DNA from: Kiritimatiella glycovorans
GTDB lineage: Bacteria > Verrucomicrobiota > Kiritimatiellia > Kiritimatiellales > Kiritimatiellaceae
Reading direction: 5' to 3'
Assembly (NCBI RefSeq): GCF_001017655.1
Contig: NZ_CP010904.1
Coordinates: forward strand, 1,020,001-1,052,000
DNA length: 32,000 nt
The notes beneath the pieces were generated by a model that saw only the letters and a program-made list of their open reading frames with translations, did not search any database and was not told where the DNA came from. Shown here one piece after another: positions 28,819 to 32,000 of the stretch (the first letter of the stretch is position 1; each line of letters begins with the position of its first letter). A program made the position numbers and the translations under genes.

Positions 28819-28887
28819 CGTATCACGTGCAAAGGAGTTTGCCGACATCGGGATGTTCATAAAGAAGGGGGTTCGCCGATTCTCAAG

Positions 28888-29139
28888 GTGGACAATTCCC
28901 GCAATGTCTTCCTCAGCGGCTTTGGCGCCACGCCCTGGACCGGCTTTTTGGAGGATGAATCGCTGTTTGTGGTCGAACGCTCGCGCGATGTCACCCTCTG
29001 CAACCTGATCGAAGACTGGCTGCCGGGGAAACCGGAAAACAAGCAGCCCGCGATCCGGGCGGTTTTGAACGATGGAACGACCTTCCAGTCCGGTCCCAAT
29101 ACACGCGCGGTCCTATTCAAGATCACCAGCGAAGAATGA
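28888..29139 (+). CDS. Small hypothetical ORF (83 aa, GTG start); may not be a real gene
   Basis: The only ORF in a lower-GC gap between two genes. Non-repetitive translation, but no recognisable motif and no clear RBS. Confidence 0.25.
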   Translation: MDNSRNVFLSGFGATPWTGFLEDESLFVVERSRDVTLCNLIEDWLPGKPENKQPAIRAVLNDGTTFQSGPNTRAVLFKITSEE

Positions 29140-29149
29140 TCGGAGGAGC

Positions 29150-31270
29150 ATGATGAACATTAAATTGAAAGTGAATGAACCAATGAAGTTAAAGCGGATT
29201 TCTAAAATAGTCGGAACGGCAGCGGTGTTGTTTTTAATTCGTTTTTCCGCTATTGCGGAAAAACCGGATGTGCTCATGATCGCGGTGGACGATCTCAACG
29301 ACATGCTCACCGTGTATGATCCGGCCAACCCGATCAAGACGCCGAACCTGGAACGGCTGGCGGCGCGGGGTACCTTTTTTACGCGCGCTTACTGTGCAGC
29401 GCCGATCTGCAATCCGTCGCGTATGGCGGTGCTGAGCGGGCAGCGGCCCACCACCACCGGCATCTACGGCAATCACGAAGTGTGGTCGCAGATCCTTCCC
29501 GAGCGCGAGCTGCTGCCGCAGTTTTTCGAGCGGCAGGGATACGAAACCGTCGGCACCGGAAAGATCCTGCATCACAATCCGCGCGTGGCCTTCGACCGGA
29601 AGCACTATCCGCTCTTTCAGCAGTTTCAGCCGATGGTCAGCGAATATCAGCGCCTGCCCTTCGGCGGCGAACGCCGGATCAATGGCATGACGGCTGAAAA
29701 TGCGCCGCGTATGCGCTCGCCGCTGTATGACTGGGGCCCGACCGATGAAAAGATGATCGACGAAGATACGGTGGAGTATGCCGAGACGCGCATGGCCGAG
29801 CCCTACGCCACGCCGCGCTTCACCGCCGTCGGCATCTTCAAACCGCACATCCCGTTCTGGTCGCCGCCGGAAAACTATGCGAAGTATCCTTTCCAAACCC
29901 TGGAAGAGCCGCCGCGCCCGGCCGATGATTTCGACGACATTCCGCAGGGCGGAAAGGATTTTCAGAAATACCTTGGCTTCCAGTTCGACTATGTCACCAA
30001 CCATCCGCCGGAGTCGCCCGGCGGCATCCGTGCGATGATCCGCTCCTACCAGGCATCCGCTGACTTTGCCGACGAAATGATCGGCCGCGTGATCGACGCG
30101 CTCGACGCCAGCGGTCGGGCGGATAATACGATTATTGTTTTGTGGTCCGACCACGGCTTCCACCTCGGCGACAAGAACACCGTCACCAAGCACACCCTCT
30201 GGGAGCAGGCCAACCGCTCGCCGCTGCTCATCGTCGCACCCGGCGTTTCCATTCCCGGCAGCCGCGTCGATGCCCCGGTGTCGCTGGTGGACATCTATCC
30301 AACGTTGGTTGAGCTGGCCGGTTATCCGGTGGAGCCGTCCGCCGAATTCGACGGCGAAAGCCTGGTGCCCTACATGAAAGATCCGTCGCGCCCGGCTACC
30401 GAGCCGGAGCTGATGACGCTCTATCCCGGCAACCACGCCATCCGCTCGGCGGACTACCGCTACATCCGTTATGCCGACGGCTCTGAGGAACTCTACGACC
30501 AGCGCTCCGACCCGTGGGAGCTGACCAACCTGGCCGACGATCTCGAATATGCGCCTGTCCTCGAAGAACATCGCAAATGGCTGCCGAAGCACGAAGCGGA
30601 GCAGGGGATTGAGCTGCGCGAATATGAGCGGAAAAAGCGGGAGGCGGAGGCCCGCGCACAGGCCGGGACGCTCTCCTCCGATGCCGCATGGATAAAAGTG
30701 ATCCACTGGGACATGGAGACGCTCACCGACGACGGCCTGATTCAAAACCGGGTGACCGACGGCCCCTACGCCGCCTGCCACCTCGACCCCGGCGGGGCGA
30801 TGATGTTCGAGGATGACGAACAGGCCCACGTCCTGCGCTTCGACGGCATCGACGATGTCGCCCAGTCGGTCGGAAATTGGCAGGGCCACAAGGGGGTTCG
30901 CATTTCCATGATGGTCAAGAGCGAAAGCGGTGCCGGGCAGTCCGTTATCCTTGGAACGGCCAATAGCTTCCGGATCAACAAGGTTGCTCAGGCCGTGCGC
31001 TTCAACGGGCTGACGGCCGGTCAGCGCAACATGAAAGAGGGGCACGCCGGAACGATCGGCCTTGTGCCCGGTTCATGGATGAACATCGTCGCCGAATACA
31101 ATCCCAAAAGCGGTAAGCTCCTCATCCAATGCGGCAAAAAGAGCGGTAGCGCGCAGCGCACCAGCGGCGATGTGCTCACCGGCGGCGGGAAGCCCCTGCT
31201 GATCGGCAGGGCGCTCAATACCCCGTTCAAGGGCTGCATCGACGACGTTGTCATCGAGGTGATGGACTGA
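29150..31270 (+). CDS. Sulfatase (formylglycine-dependent) fused to a C-terminal LamG/concanavalin-like domain
   Basis: GGAGG 2 nt before ATGATG at 29150. Signal peptide (KIVGTAAVLFLIRFSAIA). Sulfatase signatures VLMIAVDDLND, C-x-P-x-R (CNPSR at 29408-29422) followed by MAVLSG, and WSDHGFHLGDK. A ~150-aa C-terminal extension (LRFDGIDDVAQSV...GCIDDVVIEVMD) resembles LamG-type jelly-rolls. Confidence 0.85.
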   Translation: MMNIKLKVNEPMKLKRISKIVGTAAVLFLIRFSAIAEKPDVLMIAVDDLNDMLTVYDPANPIKTPNLERLAARGTFFTRAYCAAPICNPSRMAVLSGQRPTTTGIYGNHEVWSQILPERELLPQFFERQGYETVGTGKILHHNPRVAFDRKHYPLFQQFQPMVSEYQRLPFGGERRINGMTAENAPRMRSPLYDWGPTDEKMIDEDTVEYAETRMAEPYATPRFTAVGIFKPHIPFWSPPENYAKYPFQTLEEPPRPADDFDDIPQGGKDFQKYLGFQFDYVTNHPPESPGGIRAMIRSYQASADFADEMIGRVIDALDASGRADNTIIVLWSDHGFHLGDKNTVTKHTLWEQANRSPLLIVAPGVSIPGSRVDAPVSLVDIYPTLVELAGYPVEPSAEFDGESLVPYMKDPSRPATEPELMTLYPGNHAIRSADYRYIRYADGSEELYDQRSDPWELTNLADDLEYAPVLEEHRKWLPKHEAEQGIELREYERKKREAEARAQAGTLSSDAAWIKVIHWDMETLTDDGLIQNRVTDGPYAACHLDPGGAMMFEDDEQAHVLRFDGIDDVAQSVGNWQGHKGVRISMMVKSESGAGQSVILGTANSFRINKVAQAVRFNGLTAGQRNMKEGHAGTIGLVPGSWMNIVAEYNPKSGKLLIQCGKKSGSAQRTSGDVLTGGGKPLLIGRALNTPFKGCIDDVVIEVMD

Positions 31271-31329
31271 GCGGATTGCCTTACACAAAGAAAAAACGAG
31301 TAGAAACCGAAAGAGAAAGGACCACAACG

Positions 31330-32000
31330 ATGAAAAAGAGAACGACCACAATGATCGCCCTGCTGTGCGGGGCATTGATTGCACTGGGCGGCGCGACCGC
31401 CGCTGCCGCCGTCCAGCTCAAGCCGGTCTATCCGCAGTGCCTGCGGCTGGAGACGGCGATCCTCAAGCCGCAGCAGGCTCCGCAGTTTTCCTGGGGGCTG
31501 GATGCGGGCGGGCGCGACGGCGCGGCGCAGACGGCCTATCAGATCATGGTGACGACGCCCGCCGGAGAAACGGTCTGGGACAGCGGGGAGGTGTCGTCGG
31601 CGGATACGCTCGACGTGCCTTACTCCGGGCCGGCGCTCGCGCCCGCCTCGCAGTTCGACTGGCAGGTGCGCGTCTTTGACGAGAAGGACAAGCCCTCGGA
31701 CTGGACCGAGCCGCAGCGCTTCTTCACCGGGCTGGACGACTGGAAGGCGCAGTGGATCACCTCGCCGGAGATCGTCGCCATCGCGGAAGAGGACGCGAAG
31801 CGCCTCTACGAGGAGGATCATCCGGCACGCATGCTGCGCACCGAGTTCGACCTTTCAAAGCCGGTCAAAACCGCCACGCTCTACATCACCTCGCTGGGCA
31901 ACTACCGGGGGTGGATCAACGGGAAACTCGTCAGCGAAGACCGGCTCGCGCCATCGGCGACGCAGTATGGGTATCGGGTCTTCTACCGTGCCTACGACGT
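31330..32000 (+). CDS. Alpha-L-rhamnosidase (GH78) N-terminal part; 3' end cut by window edge; not in the supplied ORF track
   Basis: Hand translation of frame 1 from the ATG at 31330 is open to the window end. It gives MKKRTTTMIALLCGALIALGGATAAAA (signal), QTAYQIMVTTPAGETVWDSGEVSSADTLDVPYSGPALAPASQFDWQVRVFDE and ARMLRTEFDLSKPVKTATLYITSLGNYRGWINGKLVSEDRLAP. This is the characteristic GH78 N-terminal pattern. Confidence 0.75.
   Translation, partial: MKKRTTTMIALLCGALIALGGATAAAAVQLKPVYPQCLRLETAILKPQQAPQFSWGLDAGGRDGAAQTAYQIMVTTPAGETVWDSGEVSSADTLDVPYSGPALAPASQFDWQVRVFDEKDKPSDWTEPQRFFTGLDDWKAQWITSPEIVAIAEEDAKRLYEEDHPARMLRTEFDLSKPVKTATLYITSLGNYRGWINGKLVSEDRLAPSATQYGYRVFYRAYD

Overview
High-GC bacterial chromosomal window (GC judged by eye). 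Sulfatase and glycoside-hydrolase content plus a lipid-A gene suggest a Gram-negative, PVC-type (Kiritimatiellota/Lentisphaerota/Verrucomicrobiota-like) glycan degrader; this is inference only. Layout, left to right: (1) the 3' end of an NRPS gene (A-tail/A/PCP/TE), convergent with and overlapping carB. (2) A minus-strand carA-guaA-[insert]-carB unit. The insert is an AT-richer ~885-bp cassette holding a four-helix-bundle (23S-rRNA-IVS family) ORF, boxed in by inverted arrays of ~49-bp tandem repeats that reuse the last codons of guaA. (3) A parvulin-type PPIase lipoprotein with a clean terminator. (4) A YkgJ-type Cys-cluster protein. (5) A ~1-kb non-coding array of about 27 same-strand GC-clamped GNA-triloop mini-hairpins of the d(GCGAAGC) type, organised in five higher-order copies with iteron-like heads. 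(6) fabZ-lpxA-aroB-dprA-topA, where TopA carries a Cys-free triple-repeat C-terminus. (7) An overlapping fmdB-like zinc-ribbon / recD2 pair. (8) An AraC regulator divergent from a glycan-utilisation cluster: URO-D-family protein, secreted beta-propeller, GH5, sulfatase-LamG fusion, GH78 start, and two further hypothetical proteins that may be URO-D-like. No tRNA, rRNA, CRISPR, integrase or transposase was recognised. The two repeat systems (6180-7081 and 11505-12495) are the most unusual content. Many long ORFs in the supplied track are antisense shadow ORFs typical of high-GC DNA, and several track starts are over-extended.
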